Positions 28,087 through 38,471 are shown, numbered from the stretch's first letter. The stretch: 46,188 nt of DNA from Puniceicoccales bacterium (GCA_031283685.1 JAITBI010000004.1:1-46188); one strand, 5' to 3'. A program made the numbers and translations. Notes: generated by a model from the letters alone, not told the origin.

Positions 28087-28686
28087 ATGTGTTCTTTGGT
28101 TGATTCATGGCTTCAAGGCCTAAAAACAGCTCCCATTTTACATTCACAGCGATTACTATTGCGTCCCATATGCGTTGGTGATGTGACTCACGTGCAAAAA
28201 TGCCTTAACGATAAACGAGTATCGGATAATTTGTCATATACCCCAAATCCCTATACCATGGAAATGGCAGAAATTTGGACACGTAACGTGGATAAAGGAA
28301 TGGGACAAGGTACCTGTTGCTATTGGACCATTTGTGATAGGAAAACGAATAATTTCATAGGGTCCATGGGACTCAGTTTATATAGGGAACAAGAAAATTG
28401 CGAACTCCATTACTGGGTCAGTGCTGAAGAATGGAATAAAGGATATTGTACGGAAGCTTCCAAACGTACAATCGTACATGTCTTCGAAGATTTGAATATG
28501 CATAAGGCGCATGTAACCCACCGAGAAAATAATGCGGCTTCCAAAAGTGTAATAAAGAAGTGTGGATTTGTATTGGAGGGAAACTCTCGGGAATCATTGA
28601 AACGATTTGGGAAATTTGAAAATGTAATGATGTATGGCCTTCTGCAAGACGAATATCTTGCCTTAAAAGCAAAAGGGTTATATTAA
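28087..28686 (+). CDS. GNAT-family N-acetyltransferase (RimJ/RimL-like)
   Basis: QRLLLRPI start of the acetyltransferase fold, HYWVSAEEWNKGYCTEA, NAASKSVIKKCGF. 199 aa. Confidence 0.8.
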   Translation: MCSLVDSWLQGLKTAPILHSQRLLLRPICVGDVTHVQKCLNDKRVSDNLSYTPNPYTMEMAEIWTRNVDKGMGQGTCCYWTICDRKTNNFIGSMGLSLYREQENCELHYWVSAEEWNKGYCTEASKRTIVHVFEDLNMHKAHVTHRENNAASKSVIKKCGFVLEGNSRESLKRFGKFENVMMYGLLQDEYLALKAKGLY

Positions 28687-28692
28687 TTTTCC

Positions 28693-29778
28693 ATGAAGTT
28701 GTTTCATCGGTATATACTATCCAAATGGTTTAAATCATTTCTATGTGCCTATTTTGTAATGGTAAGCCTTCTCATGCTCGAGGATGTATATAAAAATTTT
28801 TACCTCTTCATAAAGGCCCAAAGCATCTTTACAGATTTGATCAAATATTATTATTATCTGAGTGTTTCATTTGCTTCATTTGCTATTCCACTTGCGATTT
28901 TCATATCTGTCTTATTTACGTTGGGGCAGCTTCATAGAAAAAATGAAACTATAGGAGCATATTGTGCTGGAATGAGCATTTTGGAAATTTCCAAACCCAT
29001 AATAATCGGAGGAGTTGTTTTGGCACTATGCAATCTACTTTTTGAATCTTTTATCATCCCGAGTGCGATCGATTATGTAACAACTTTTCGATTGAAAACA
29101 GATCTCAAAGGAGGATATACAACGGCAGCTTCCAAAGTAGGGTTTTATAATCACGTCGACAATCGTCTGTGGTTTTTTAAAAGTTTGGACAAATTATCCC
29201 ACATGGCAAATGATGTAACCATTAGCTGTTACAACGATAAAAATGTAGAAGAATCAAGAATATTTGCCCAGACTGCAACATTTTCCAAAGATAAAAAATA
29301 TTGGATCTGTAAAAATTGCAGCGTCATAACCTTTGATCCATCAACCGAATTGCCAACCGACGTCAAATTGTTTTCCGAAAAAGCTTTCGAAACGTTTACC
29401 GAGACTCCCAAAGTCATACTAGCGTCCTTGAAAAAAACAAAGAATTTATCATTTCCTGAAGTACTAGAAGCTGTCAAATATTACCATAATGAATCCGCAG
29501 AAAATACTTTTTGGATAAAATTTCATCAGATATTCGCCAATGCTACCGACTGCATGATCATTTTATTCCTAGCGATTCCATTTGCAGTAACGGGCATAAG
29601 GGTCAATCCTGTCGTAAACATTATCAAGGCTTCTGGATTTTTACTAATATTTTTCTTCAGTGGAACCATCTGCGAGACTCTTGGAAGTAATGGAATTCTC
29701 CAGCCAGCGTTTGCCGTTTGGATAACCAATATTTTAATCCTTCTGCCCATTAGAAAATTATTTCGCAGGGCAATGTAA
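28693..29778 (+). CDS. LptF/LptG-family LPS export permease
   Basis: MKLFHRYILSKWFKSFL N-terminus typical of YjgP/YjgQ. 3 TM helices, a periplasmic beta-domain, then 3 TM helices. 361 aa. Confidence 0.8.
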   Translation: MKLFHRYILSKWFKSFLCAYFVMVSLLMLEDVYKNFYLFIKAQSIFTDLIKYYYYLSVSFASFAIPLAIFISVLFTLGQLHRKNETIGAYCAGMSILEISKPIIIGGVVLALCNLLFESFIIPSAIDYVTTFRLKTDLKGGYTTAASKVGFYNHVDNRLWFFKSLDKLSHMANDVTISCYNDKNVEESRIFAQTATFSKDKKYWICKNCSVITFDPSTELPTDVKLFSEKAFETFTETPKVILASLKKTKNLSFPEVLEAVKYYHNESAENTFWIKFHQIFANATDCMIILFLAIPFAVTGIRVNPVVNIIKASGFLLIFFFSGTICETLGSNGILQPAFAVWITNILILLPIRKLFRRAM

Positions 29779-29782
29779 ACAA

Positions 29783-30325
29783 ATGAACATTATCCATGTC
29801 ATAGATTTTGAAGGGAATAAGAATTTGGGGATTTCAGAGTTTGGAGTAGTTACCATGGAAGATTTTGAGATAAAAAATGCACGAATGGAGCATTGCGCAA
29901 AATTTTTTGAAAATTATTTGGAGTACTTTCTATCCCTGCGACGGTCAGGAATATTGGCTGCCCATTCGGCCCAAACGGAAGATTATTTGTTACGCCATCA
30001 TTGGCCTTCTCCGGGCAACGTTCCTATGTTTGTAAACGGTGGTACAACGATATCCTGGGGACCGTGGATAGATACTAAGCTGATTTATCGGCGGTTATTC
30101 AAAGGCTTAATATCCTATGAATTACAGGACCTCATCGCTTCATTTAATTTGCATTCTCCCCTATTGGAATTGGCAAAACAATATTGTTCTTTCTCTGCCA
30201 TAAATTTTCACAATTCCCTATTTGATGCCCTCGCTACAGCGTTACTAATTCGGAACCTACCAAGATATTTTTCAAACGTTTCACCGCAAATTTTGCTGTC
30301 ACTTTGTAAACCAAGGGACGCATAA
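29783..30325 (+). CDS. DEDDh-type 3'-5' exonuclease (DnaQ-like)
   Basis: Exo I VIDFEG, Exo II-like LAAHSAQTEDYLL, Exo III HNSLFDALATALL. 180 aa. Confidence 0.55.
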   Translation: MNIIHVIDFEGNKNLGISEFGVVTMEDFEIKNARMEHCAKFFENYLEYFLSLRRSGILAAHSAQTEDYLLRHHWPSPGNVPMFVNGGTTISWGPWIDTKLIYRRLFKGLISYELQDLIASFNLHSPLLELAKQYCSFSAINFHNSLFDALATALLIRNLPRYFSNVSPQILLSLCKPRDA

Positions 30326-30366
30326 ATTTGTTGACAAAAACCTATGAAAAACCATCCATACCAGCC

Positions 30367-31305
30367 ATGGAACTAAGTGGATTCTGGGCGATAATCGTCG
30401 CCATTGCGATTGTGATAGTTTCTGGTTTTGTTGTCGTTAAGCAGCAAACATGCGTCATTCTAGAAAGACTAGGGAAATTTTACCGTGTGGTAAATCCTGG
30501 TTTATCGTGGCGTATTCCTGGGATTGATATGATTGTCGGCAGGATATCGTTACGCATACACCAATTATACGTAGAAGTTGAAACAAAAACCCAGGATAAT
30601 GTGTTTGTGAATGTTGCCGTTGCCGTTCAATACCGTGTTCTTAAAGAGAAAGTCTTCCAAGCCTATTATACCCTCGATGATCATCAAGCTCAGATCAAAT
30701 CTTTCGTATTTGATTTGGTCCGTGCCCAAGTTCCACTGCTAATTTTGGACGATGTTTTTTCAAGGAAAGATGACATTGCAAATGCGGTAAAAGCCAATTT
30801 GGGTGAAACAATGTCTGACTTTGGCTATGAAATTGTTGAAGCCCTGATAACGGATATTAATCCAGATGCAAATGTTAAGGCTGCAATGAATGAAATCAAT
30901 ACGGCCCAACGGTTACGTGTTGCTGCCACGGAACGAGGAGAAAGTGAAAAGATTATTCGGGTAAAACAGGCGGAGGCAGAAGCAGAAGCCAACATTTTGC
31001 ATGGGAAAGGTATCGCGGGACAACGGGCTGCTATCATAGAGGGACTCAGTCGTTCCGTCGAAGACTTTGTCAAACACGTTCCTGGATCAAATTCGGCAAC
31101 CGTGATGGACATGGTTATGCTAATCCAATATATTGATACACTCAAGGAAATTGGAAGTCATTCGAATTCAAATGTTGTGTTTGTTCCCCATTCTCCTGGC
31201 GCCGTACAAAACATCAATGATCAAATTCGCGAAACAATATTCGCTGAGAAGTTAGGATGTGCCAATACAAACGAAAAGACCCAACGATTGGCAAAGCGGA
31301 AATAA
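30367..31305 (+). CDS. SPFH/band-7 (stomatin/prohibitin-like) membrane protein
   Basis: N-terminal TM helix, then VKQQTCVILERLGKFYRVVNPGLSWRIP and an A/E-rich coiled coil (RVKQAEAEAEANI). ATG at 30367 preferred over the TTG at 30328. Confidence 0.8.
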   Translation: MELSGFWAIIVAIAIVIVSGFVVVKQQTCVILERLGKFYRVVNPGLSWRIPGIDMIVGRISLRIHQLYVEVETKTQDNVFVNVAVAVQYRVLKEKVFQAYYTLDDHQAQIKSFVFDLVRAQVPLLILDDVFSRKDDIANAVKANLGETMSDFGYEIVEALITDINPDANVKAAMNEINTAQRLRVAATERGESEKIIRVKQAEAEAEANILHGKGIAGQRAAIIEGLSRSVEDFVKHVPGSNSATVMDMVMLIQYIDTLKEIGSHSNSNVVFVPHSPGAVQNINDQIRETIFAEKLGCANTNEKTQRLAKRK

Positions 31306-31364
31306 GATTCTGGTATCATTTTATCAAATTGACAAAGCACCGACTTTCCCATAGAAGAGGTTTC

Positions 31365-32078
31365 GTGAAAATAGCACTCAGTGGGAGTTCCGGAAAGATG
31401 GGACAGCTAATTACTAAAGTAGCCAATGAGCTAGGACATGAAATCGTCTCCAAAATCAACAGGTCGACGGTGGAATATGATTTCAGGAAAACAAAACCGG
31501 ATATTTGCATGGACTTCAGCGTTCCAATTGCCACAATAAAACTATGTACAGCTGCCGCAGCGTCTAAAGTCCCTGTTTTAATAGGGACGACGGGATTGAC
31601 CAATGAAGACCTTCATAAAATAGGAGGTTTTGCAAAAGTTATTCCGATTTTGGCATCTCCAAATTTTTCCGTGGGGATCCATGTTCTTAGGAAACTCGTA
31701 GGTGAAGCTACTAAAATGTTACCAAAGGATTTTGACATAGAAATAGTGGAAAAACATCATACACACAAAAAAGACGCTCCAAGTGGTACAGCCCTATCCA
31801 TTCTTAGCGACATAAAAAACATAAGGAAAGATAGCACCGGGGTGTTTGGACACTATGGGAAATCGGCGCATGTACCAGGAAGCATCGGCATGCATGCCCT
31901 ACGGGGAGGAGATGTTATCGGAGAACATGATGTTTACTTTTTCGGCCTGGGAGAACGTCTAGAAATAGCACATCGAGTAACAAACCGAGAAATTTTTGCA
32001 CGGGGAGCATTGTTTATTGCAGAAAAATTTTATAGGGTAAACGTACCTAAGTTGTATGATCTAGAAGAAATATTATGA
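31365..32078 (+). CDS. dapB: 4-hydroxy-tetrahydrodipicolinate reductase
   Basis: VKIALSGSSGKMG Rossmann start, EKHHTHKKDAPSGTA signature. GTG at 31365 is preceded by AGAAGAGG. The longer track ORF overlaps the previous gene. Confidence 0.85.
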   Translation: MKIALSGSSGKMGQLITKVANELGHEIVSKINRSTVEYDFRKTKPDICMDFSVPIATIKLCTAAAASKVPVLIGTTGLTNEDLHKIGGFAKVIPILASPNFSVGIHVLRKLVGEATKMLPKDFDIEIVEKHHTHKKDAPSGTALSILSDIKNIRKDSTGVFGHYGKSAHVPGSIGMHALRGGDVIGEHDVYFFGLGERLEIAHRVTNREIFARGALFIAEKFYRVNVPKLYDLEEIL

Positions 32079-32142
32079 CAAAGTTTTTTGCTTCTTGAAA
32101 TAGATCAAAATCCTAGGAGCGACTCCTAATTTAGAGGGGATA

Positions 32143-34488
32143 TCAAAACGCCGTCCCAAAGAAATAGTTGAACCGCATGCCATGTTTATTACCTCCTTCC
32201 CCACGAATGGGAAACCCGAAATCAAGCCTAAGAGGAGCCCCCATGATAAATATTTTCAACCCAAATCCGATGTCCGTATTATAATCTTTTACAGAAAAAT
32301 TCCATTCCCTTTGGTTGACGAAGCCAACTTCAGCAAATAAATAGAATCTAACAGGGTCTATAATCTTGAAACAATATTCAAGAGATCCATAGGTAAATGA
32401 GTTACCGCCAATCCCTGTGCCATTTTCCCTAGGACCAACATCGTGACATCTAAATCCTTTCATGAAGTTTTGACCACCCAAATAAAATCGATCAAAAAAT
32501 GGCGTTGTGTCTCCACCATAGGGTGCTATCGTGCCTGCTTGTCCAATTACGGAAAATACCTGTTGAGCGGCATCGAAAACCAACCAATGTTTCATCCCGT
32601 AAGTATAAACTTTTATATATTTTGTTTTCCCCAAAAATGGGCCCCCAGCAAACTCCGTGGTGATACCAATCCTTGAGCCCATGGTAGGGTATACAAAATT
32701 GTTGCGAGTGTCACGCTCCAAAGAAAACGTTGCCTTGGAAATAGTGGTATGTCCCTCCCTGTCAAAAAAAGCTCTCGGAGCACCCCTAGAAATGCCATAA
32801 ATTTTGACAGATTCCAGGCCATAGGTCAACTTCCCATCCCATAGGTCGAAAATACGTTTTCGTAAATACACTTCGCCTCCCATGCGATCCTGGCTATAAT
32901 CTGCTCCCGAATAATCTTGCAATTTTCGATCATAGGAAGTCTTGTGGCAAAATAAATCTACCCCTATGGCAAGTTCGCGATCATACCACCATGGTTCCTC
33001 GAAATTAATATCCGCTGCCAGTGTATGTTTCCCAATTTGTACGCGTGAACGGAATTTTTGACCACCACCTTGAAATTGTTTATTTTGACTATTGATATCA
33101 AAATTCCTCTGGCTAAATTCCACAAACCCAACTACTTCTCCTCCCGTGCTAATCCCACCTCCCATTCCAATTTTACCAGTATTGGCCTCTTTTACATCTA
33201 TACGAATATTTTTCTTCTCGGGTACTTCAGTATTAATCGGAGAAACGTCAACGAAAGAAAAGTATCCCGTGTTCATTAGCCTCAATCTACTATTTTTCAT
33301 CCTCAGAGCATCAAATGGATCACCGGGAGCCAAAGCTAACTCACGTAAAATCACCTTATTTTTAGTTTTAGAATTTCCATGAATTTCAACCTCATTCACA
33401 AAGCATTTTTCAGATTCATTGATTGCAAATTCAACATCTATTCTATTGTACACCAAATCCGCCTTTTTGTCCACATGGATGTTCATATTAATATATCCCG
33501 ACTGACCATAAAAATCGACAACCCTACTGCAGGCAGCATCTACTTCGGCAGGAGAAAACACGTCGGAGGTTCGGATGGCAAGAATGTCTTCTATTTCTTT
33601 GGTTTCGTATAGGTTATTCCCACTTATTGTGATACTCCCCACATGATACAGCTGACCTGTGTGAACGGGGATGGATATTATTAAACTATTTTTCCTATTC
33701 TCGTAGGAAATACTACCTTCATCGATCTCAATATCTAGGTATCCGTGGTTACGAAAAATTGATTTAATCGTTTCAAGGTCACTGCTAAAATCACCGGGAT
33801 GATATAATCCCGTCTTCTTAAAGATGGAAAGTAGAGTCCACCTTTTTGTACGCATTGCTTTCAAAAGTTCAGACTCTTTTACCACGTCATTGCCAATGAA
33901 TTTAATTTTTCCGATGTGGAACTTTTGACCTTCAACGATGTTGAACACTACTTTGACCTGAGTAGCGTCACTTGTATTGACAATATCATAGGATACGTCA
34001 GCGTAGGGGTAGCCATGATCATTGTAAAGCTTTATTAGTGCTTCTACATCCGATTTCAAGACTCCTTTCGATAGCCCTGCTCTGGGTTTGGTTGATATTT
34101 TTTTTAGCAAAACCTTCGACTTAAACTTTTTGTTCCCAGAAAACTCTATCGACGCTACTTGCATTTTGGGAGTCAACGAAAAGATCACCCTGTAGTCGTT
34201 AGTTCCACCAATCTCATCAACTTTGATGGATACATGTTCAAAATTTCCGCTTGCGTATAGCGATTTCAAAGAAGCATCTGCTAGGAATGGGGAAAATTCT
34301 TTTCCCTCCTTTAAAAGTACGTGTGATTCAATGATGTCTTGGCTAATATTTAACTCAGGACCACAGCATTTATATTCTATGCTCTTGACAATATTGGGTC
34401 CATTCAATATATTTTGGGGAAAGGCCTTTTGGCATGGATCCAATGCTACCAAATAAAGTGGTATGAACAACAATGCTTTTTTTATCAT
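32143..34488 (-). CDS. bamA: outer membrane protein assembly factor BamA (Omp85)
   Basis: Signal peptide MIKKALLFIPLYLVAL, repeated POTRA-like modules, C-terminal beta-barrel ending GMRFNYFFGTAF. An alternative start at 34518 would overlap dnaB by 20 nt. Confidence 0.85.
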   Translation of the reverse strand: MIKKALLFIPLYLVALDPCQKAFPQNILNGPNIVKSIEYKCCGPELNISQDIIESHVLLKEGKEFSPFLADASLKSLYASGNFEHVSIKVDEIGGTNDYRVIFSLTPKMQVASIEFSGNKKFKSKVLLKKISTKPRAGLSKGVLKSDVEALIKLYNDHGYPYADVSYDIVNTSDATQVKVVFNIVEGQKFHIGKIKFIGNDVVKESELLKAMRTKRWTLLSIFKKTGLYHPGDFSSDLETIKSIFRNHGYLDIEIDEGSISYENRKNSLIISIPVHTGQLYHVGSITISGNNLYETKEIEDILAIRTSDVFSPAEVDAACSRVVDFYGQSGYINMNIHVDKKADLVYNRIDVEFAINESEKCFVNEVEIHGNSKTKNKVILRELALAPGDPFDALRMKNSRLRLMNTGYFSFVDVSPINTEVPEKKNIRIDVKEANTGKIGMGGGISTGGEVVGFVEFSQRNFDINSQNKQFQGGGQKFRSRVQIGKHTLAADINFEEPWWYDRELAIGVDLFCHKTSYDRKLQDYSGADYSQDRMGGEVYLRKRIFDLWDGKLTYGLESVKIYGISRGAPRAFFDREGHTTISKATFSLERDTRNNFVYPTMGSRIGITTEFAGGPFLGKTKYIKVYTYGMKHWLVFDAAQQVFSVIGQAGTIAPYGGDTTPFFDRFYLGGQNFMKGFRCHDVGPRENGTGIGGNSFTYGSLEYCFKIIDPVRFYLFAEVGFVNQREWNFSVKDYNTDIGFGLKIFIMGAPLRLDFGFPIRGEGGNKHGMRFNYFFGTAF

Positions 34489-34498
34489 GGTAACACTT

Positions 34499-35926
34499 TT
34501 ATTCACAAATATTTTCATCTACGTAGCTTTCAAATCTGGTTAAGTTGCGTACAAATATCAACGGCACAACACCAATAGGACCATTTCTGTGTTTTGCAAT
34601 CACTAAGTCGCGGACAACGGTATCTCCCTCAAAATTATCACCATCTTCCTTGTCGGAAGGATTAATTTGTTTGGTCAATATTAATACCACATCCGCATCC
34701 TGTTCAATTGCTCCTGACTCTCTTAGATCTGATAGCTTGGGTTGGCGCTTTTCCCTTTCCGAATCCCGATTTAGTTGGCTTAGAACTATTACGGGAATTT
34801 TTAATTCCTTTGCCATTGCCTTTATTCCACGTGAAATCTCAGAAATCTGTTGTTCTCTCGGTATCCTACTATCGCCATTAATAAGTTGCAAATAATCGAT
34901 CACAATTAAATCGATATGCCCTTTGCTGTGCATCCTACGTGCCTTGGCCCGCATTTCTAAAATGGTCAAATTGGTTGATTCATCTATCCATAGAGGGGCC
35001 GCCTGTAATTCTTTCGCCACACTTAACAGAGACTCGCTTGTGCTCTTGGGGATAAATCCATCGTGCAATTTGGTCATATTTATGCCCGCTCGACCACACA
35101 ATATGCGTAGAGCTAATTGTTCGGAACTCATTTCTAGGCTAAAAAACAAAACTCCTTTGGGAGTGTGTCCCTTTTTTGGTATCACAATGTTTTCAGCGAT
35201 ATTCATTGCCAGGCTAGTCTTCCCCATAGAGGGCCGAGCAGCTATCACGATCATTTCGCTGGGCCTAAATCCAAACGTCATCCTGTCCAAATCTGTAAAC
35301 CCCGATGGTAAACCCGTCAGTTCTCCCCGGTGATGCAACAACAGCTGAATTGTGTTAACTGCCGAATCAATGGACTTTTTTATCGGGACGGCACAGTCTG
35401 AAATACGGTCCGAGCTTATAGCAAATATTTCATTTTCTGCCTTCTCTATGAAGGCATCGAGTTCATCCGTTTCACCGTACGCACGCTCAATGTTTATCAC
35501 GGATGCTGTAATTACACGCCTGGTAAGTTCTAAATCCCGTACGCGTTTCACGTAATGCACAATATGGGCTGGAGTATCTATTCGGTCGCAGATTCTGTTG
35601 ATAAAATCTATGCCACCGATGGAATCCAACTTCCCCGTGGATTTCAAGCGGTCTGCTAGGAAAATTTCATTAACGGGCGTTCCTTCTTCGTAGATATTAA
35701 CTATGGCTTCCCACAGTATTTTGTGGGCGGGTATGTAGAATGAATCAACGGAAATCCTGTTTTGGATACCAAAAGTTATGCTATCCTGTCCTCCTTCTAT
35801 TATGCAGCAAGCTAGCAATGCCTGCTCAAAGTCAACACTATGCGGTTGTACACGACCGGTAAAATTCTCGCACACAACGGAATCGTCGGACTTTTTAGTT
35901 TTTTTATGGGAACTTGTAGCCATCAA
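34499..35926 (-). CDS. dnaB: replicative DNA helicase DnaB
   Basis: PHSVDFEQALLACCI, Walker A ARPSMGKTS, VIDYLQL, SQLNR, ESGAIEQDAD. 475 aa. Confidence 0.9.
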   Translation of the reverse strand: MMATSSHKKTKKSDDSVVCENFTGRVQPHSVDFEQALLACCIIEGGQDSITFGIQNRISVDSFYIPAHKILWEAIVNIYEEGTPVNEIFLADRLKSTGKLDSIGGIDFINRICDRIDTPAHIVHYVKRVRDLELTRRVITASVINIERAYGETDELDAFIEKAENEIFAISSDRISDCAVPIKKSIDSAVNTIQLLLHHRGELTGLPSGFTDLDRMTFGFRPSEMIVIAARPSMGKTSLAMNIAENIVIPKKGHTPKGVLFFSLEMSSEQLALRILCGRAGINMTKLHDGFIPKSTSESLLSVAKELQAAPLWIDESTNLTILEMRAKARRMHSKGHIDLIVIDYLQLINGDSRIPREQQISEISRGIKAMAKELKIPVIVLSQLNRDSEREKRQPKLSDLRESGAIEQDADVVLILTKQINPSDKEDGDNFEGDTVVRDLVIAKHRNGPIGVVPLIFVRNLTRFESYVDENICE

Positions 35927-35974
35927 GCATTTCCGAATACGAGAGCTCCACGCTCGAAAACATATGCCAATCCA

Positions 35975-36439
35975 TTAGTTTATAGGATTTTCAGACACAA
36001 TATCAAAATACAAGTCGAATGAAATCGTGTCATGTAATTTAATCAACGCTTTGCGACGACCAACTCCTTTTATTGGAGAATCAAGATGTATTTTTTTTCT
36101 ATCTATCTGCAGCCCCTTTTGCTCCAGAGCACTAGAAATTTCTCTGGCAGTCACAGCTCCAAACATTTTACCATTTTCACTGGTTTTAACCACAATTGCC
36201 AACGATACATTAGAAAGTTTTTCCAATAATTCTTGAGCTTGTGCAAGATCTTGCTTTTCGCGCATTGCTCGAGCCTTTTGCAAGGCCTCTATTTGCTTCT
36301 TATTGGTCCGCGTCATCGGTACCGCAATTTCATTCGGGAAAAGGAAATTACGGGCATAGCCAGCCCTGACCCTAATTTGATCTCCTTCCGCACCAAGGGA
36401 TTTAACGTGTTTTAACAATAGTATTTCGGTCGTTGCCAT
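35975..36439 (-). CDS. rplI: 50S ribosomal protein L9
   Basis: ILLLKHVKSLGAEGDQIRVRAGYARNFLFP N-terminal signature. 154 aa. Confidence 0.9.
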   Translation of the reverse strand: MATTEILLLKHVKSLGAEGDQIRVRAGYARNFLFPNEIAVPMTRTNKKQIEALQKARAMREKQDLAQAQELLEKLSNVSLAIVVKTSENGKMFGAVTAREISSALEQKGLQIDRKKIHLDSPIKGVGRRKALIKLHDTISFDLYFDIVSENPIN

Positions 36440-36452
36440 AAAATTTTACTCT

Positions 36453-36938
36453 TCAAAAGGGGACATCTTCATCTAACTGTACATTGGTATAGCCTGGCTT
36501 ATCTTTTACTCCTTTATTTTGGGATAGATCTTCCACTAATCGCTCGACTGGTTCCTGGTGAGATTCGGCAACATTTTGTGATGCAACTCCACCTTCCTCA
36601 GCATCGCCACGGGACCCAACGAACTGGAAATTCTCTAGCACCACACCAAGCTTACTACGTTTTTCACCGGATTGACTTTCCCACTGATCCAATCTTAGTC
36701 GACCCTCAAGTAGGATAGGGCGTCCTTTAATAAAATATTTTCCAATAACTTCCGCCTGTTTACCAAATGCATCGACATCGACGAATGCTGTCTCTTCTTT
36801 CATTGTCCCATCTACCAGTTTTGTCTGACGGCTGACAGCCACTGCGAACTTGCAAATGGACATGCCTTGCTGTGTTACCCTTAGTTCGGGATCGCGGGTA
36901 AGATTACCCATTAAAATTACTTTGTTAAAAGAGGCCAT
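36453..36938 (-). CDS. ssb: single-stranded DNA-binding protein
   Basis: MASFNKVILMGNLTRDPELR OB-fold start and acidic tip DEDVPF at the C-terminus. Confidence 0.9.
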   Translation of the reverse strand: MASFNKVILMGNLTRDPELRVTQQGMSICKFAVAVSRQTKLVDGTMKEETAFVDVDAFGKQAEVIGKYFIKGRPILLEGRLRLDQWESQSGEKRSKLGVVLENFQFVGSRGDAEEGGVASQNVAESHQEPVERLVEDLSQNKGVKDKPGYTNVQLDEDVPF

Positions 36939-36942
36939 AATT

Positions 36943-37239
36943 TTATCTTGTGGACTCTACTAAAATCCTATTGATAGTTTTGTCCAGCCTAAGTCTCGAT
37001 TTTATTCCTTCAACGATGGTAGGAACTCCTTCGAACAAAAACTGCACATATATCCCACTTGGAAAATTTTTATTAACCACCCGTTCGAAATTCTTTTGTC
37101 CCAAATTTTCAACCGCCGCAATTTTTCCTCCAAAATCAGTTATAATTCCAGATAACCGCCCCACAACCGTGTCGACGGTATCCGTACATCCATGCATATC
37201 CAATATGAAACTTGCAGTATATTTTCTTATATCGCTCAT
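36943..37239 (-). CDS. rpsF: 30S ribosomal protein S6
   Basis: 98 aa. S6-like pattern (YTASFIL..., ENLGQKNF...) and the conserved position upstream of ssb and rplI. Confidence 0.8.
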   Translation of the reverse strand: MSDIRKYTASFILDMHGCTDTVDTVVGRLSGIITDFGGKIAAVENLGQKNFERVVNKNFPSGIYVQFLFEGVPTIVEGIKSRLRLDKTINRILVESTR

Positions 37240-37817
37240 ATAATTTTTTTCTGATTTGCTAGATTCATGGCATGTTCGAGCCCTTTGTCAAGCAGTAGCT
37301 GTAAATACTCCAATATTTTTGGCATTGCATCTTTTAAAATTTGTAATTCATTGGCAGAGAGCTTGCTCAAAACATGGTCTTTGAGATCCATTTGCGGATG
37401 AAGTTTTTCTCCAACTCCCACTCTACACCGTATAAATCCTCCCCCGATTTTTGACAAAATATCAGCGACCCCATTATGCCCTCCCGTTCCTTCCCTACCA
37501 TGGATTCTAAAGTCTCCAACAGGAAACGCTATGTCGTCATAGATAACTATGACATTTGTGGCGGGGATTTTGTAGTAGCTACATAATTTTAGAACGGCAG
37601 TCCCGCTGTCATTCATGTAAGTCGTTGGTTTTGCCAAAACTACCGATCCTTCTTCCATGGGACATTTAGCCGTATGAGCCCTATGTTTTTTACTCAGGGT
37701 CCATCGCAAATTTTTTTCATTTGCAAACGCATCAATAACTAGAAATCCCACATTATGCCGAGTTAAATCATACTCAGCTCCGGGGTTTCCCAGCCCAATT
37801 ATTAGGCTGTTAGCCAT
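37236..37817 (-). CDS. pth: peptidyl-tRNA hydrolase
   Basis: LIIGLGNPGAEYDLTRHNVGF, GTGGHNG. 193 aa. ATGA overlap with rpsF. Confidence 0.9.
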   Translation of the reverse strand: MANSLIIGLGNPGAEYDLTRHNVGFLVIDAFANEKNLRWTLSKKHRAHTAKCPMEEGSVVLAKPTTYMNDSGTAVLKLCSYYKIPATNVIVIYDDIAFPVGDFRIHGREGTGGHNGVADILSKIGGGFIRCRVGVGEKLHPQMDLKDHVLSKLSANELQILKDAMPKILEYLQLLLDKGLEHAMNLANQKKII

Positions 37818-37826
37818 AATTTTTCA

Positions 37827-38471
37827 CTATTCCGTTTTTTGTGCAACTTCTTCGGTAGCCGGTATTTCCGCTGTAGCAGCTTCCTTAGCAACAGCTTCCT
37901 TGGTCTCCTCTTCGGCAACAACAGCATTGCATGAAATAATAGGTGAGGCTTGGTCTCCGAGCAATTCAACACCACCTGGGGCAACGAGATCGCTTAAATG
38001 TACAATAGTCCCAATATCCAGAGTGCTTATGTCAACGCGTATGGATGAAGGAAGATCGGCAGGCAGACATCTCACGGTGACTTCATGGCGAACAATATCT
38101 AAAATACCGCCACTTTGTTTTACGCCGACAGCCTCTCCGGAAAATTCAAGTGGAACAACGGTTGTCATCTTTTCTGATTGCGAAACTTCATGGAAATCTA
38201 TGTGAAGAAACTTATCGGTTACCGGGTCCCGCTGAATATCGGCAATATCCGATAGATGTATGGCGTCTCCCTCTACCTCAATATCTATTAAAGATGCGGA
38301 ATGTCCCTTTTCCTTTAATAATGCCTTTAATTCTTTTTCATCGACAGTTAGTGCTGTTGTTCCCGAATGTCCATACACAACGGCAGGAACCTTTCCAGAT
38401 GCACGCAATCTTTTCATTGATCCACGACCGAATTCATGCCTTTTTGCCACTAGTAACTTCAAATGCTTCAT
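37827..38471 (-). CDS. rplY: 50S ribosomal protein L25 / general stress protein Ctc
   Basis: GKVPAVVYG, IQRDPVTDKFLHIDF. Long Ctc form (214 aa) with an acidic/alanine-rich tail. Upstream of pth, as in many bacteria. Confidence 0.85.
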   Translation of the reverse strand: MKHLKLLVAKRHEFGRGSMKRLRASGKVPAVVYGHSGTTALTVDEKELKALLKEKGHSASLIDIEVEGDAIHLSDIADIQRDPVTDKFLHIDFHEVSQSEKMTTVVPLEFSGEAVGVKQSGGILDIVRHEVTVRCLPADLPSSIRVDISTLDIGTIVHLSDLVAPGGVELLGDQASPIISCNAVVAEEETKEAVAKEAATAEIPATEEVAQKTE

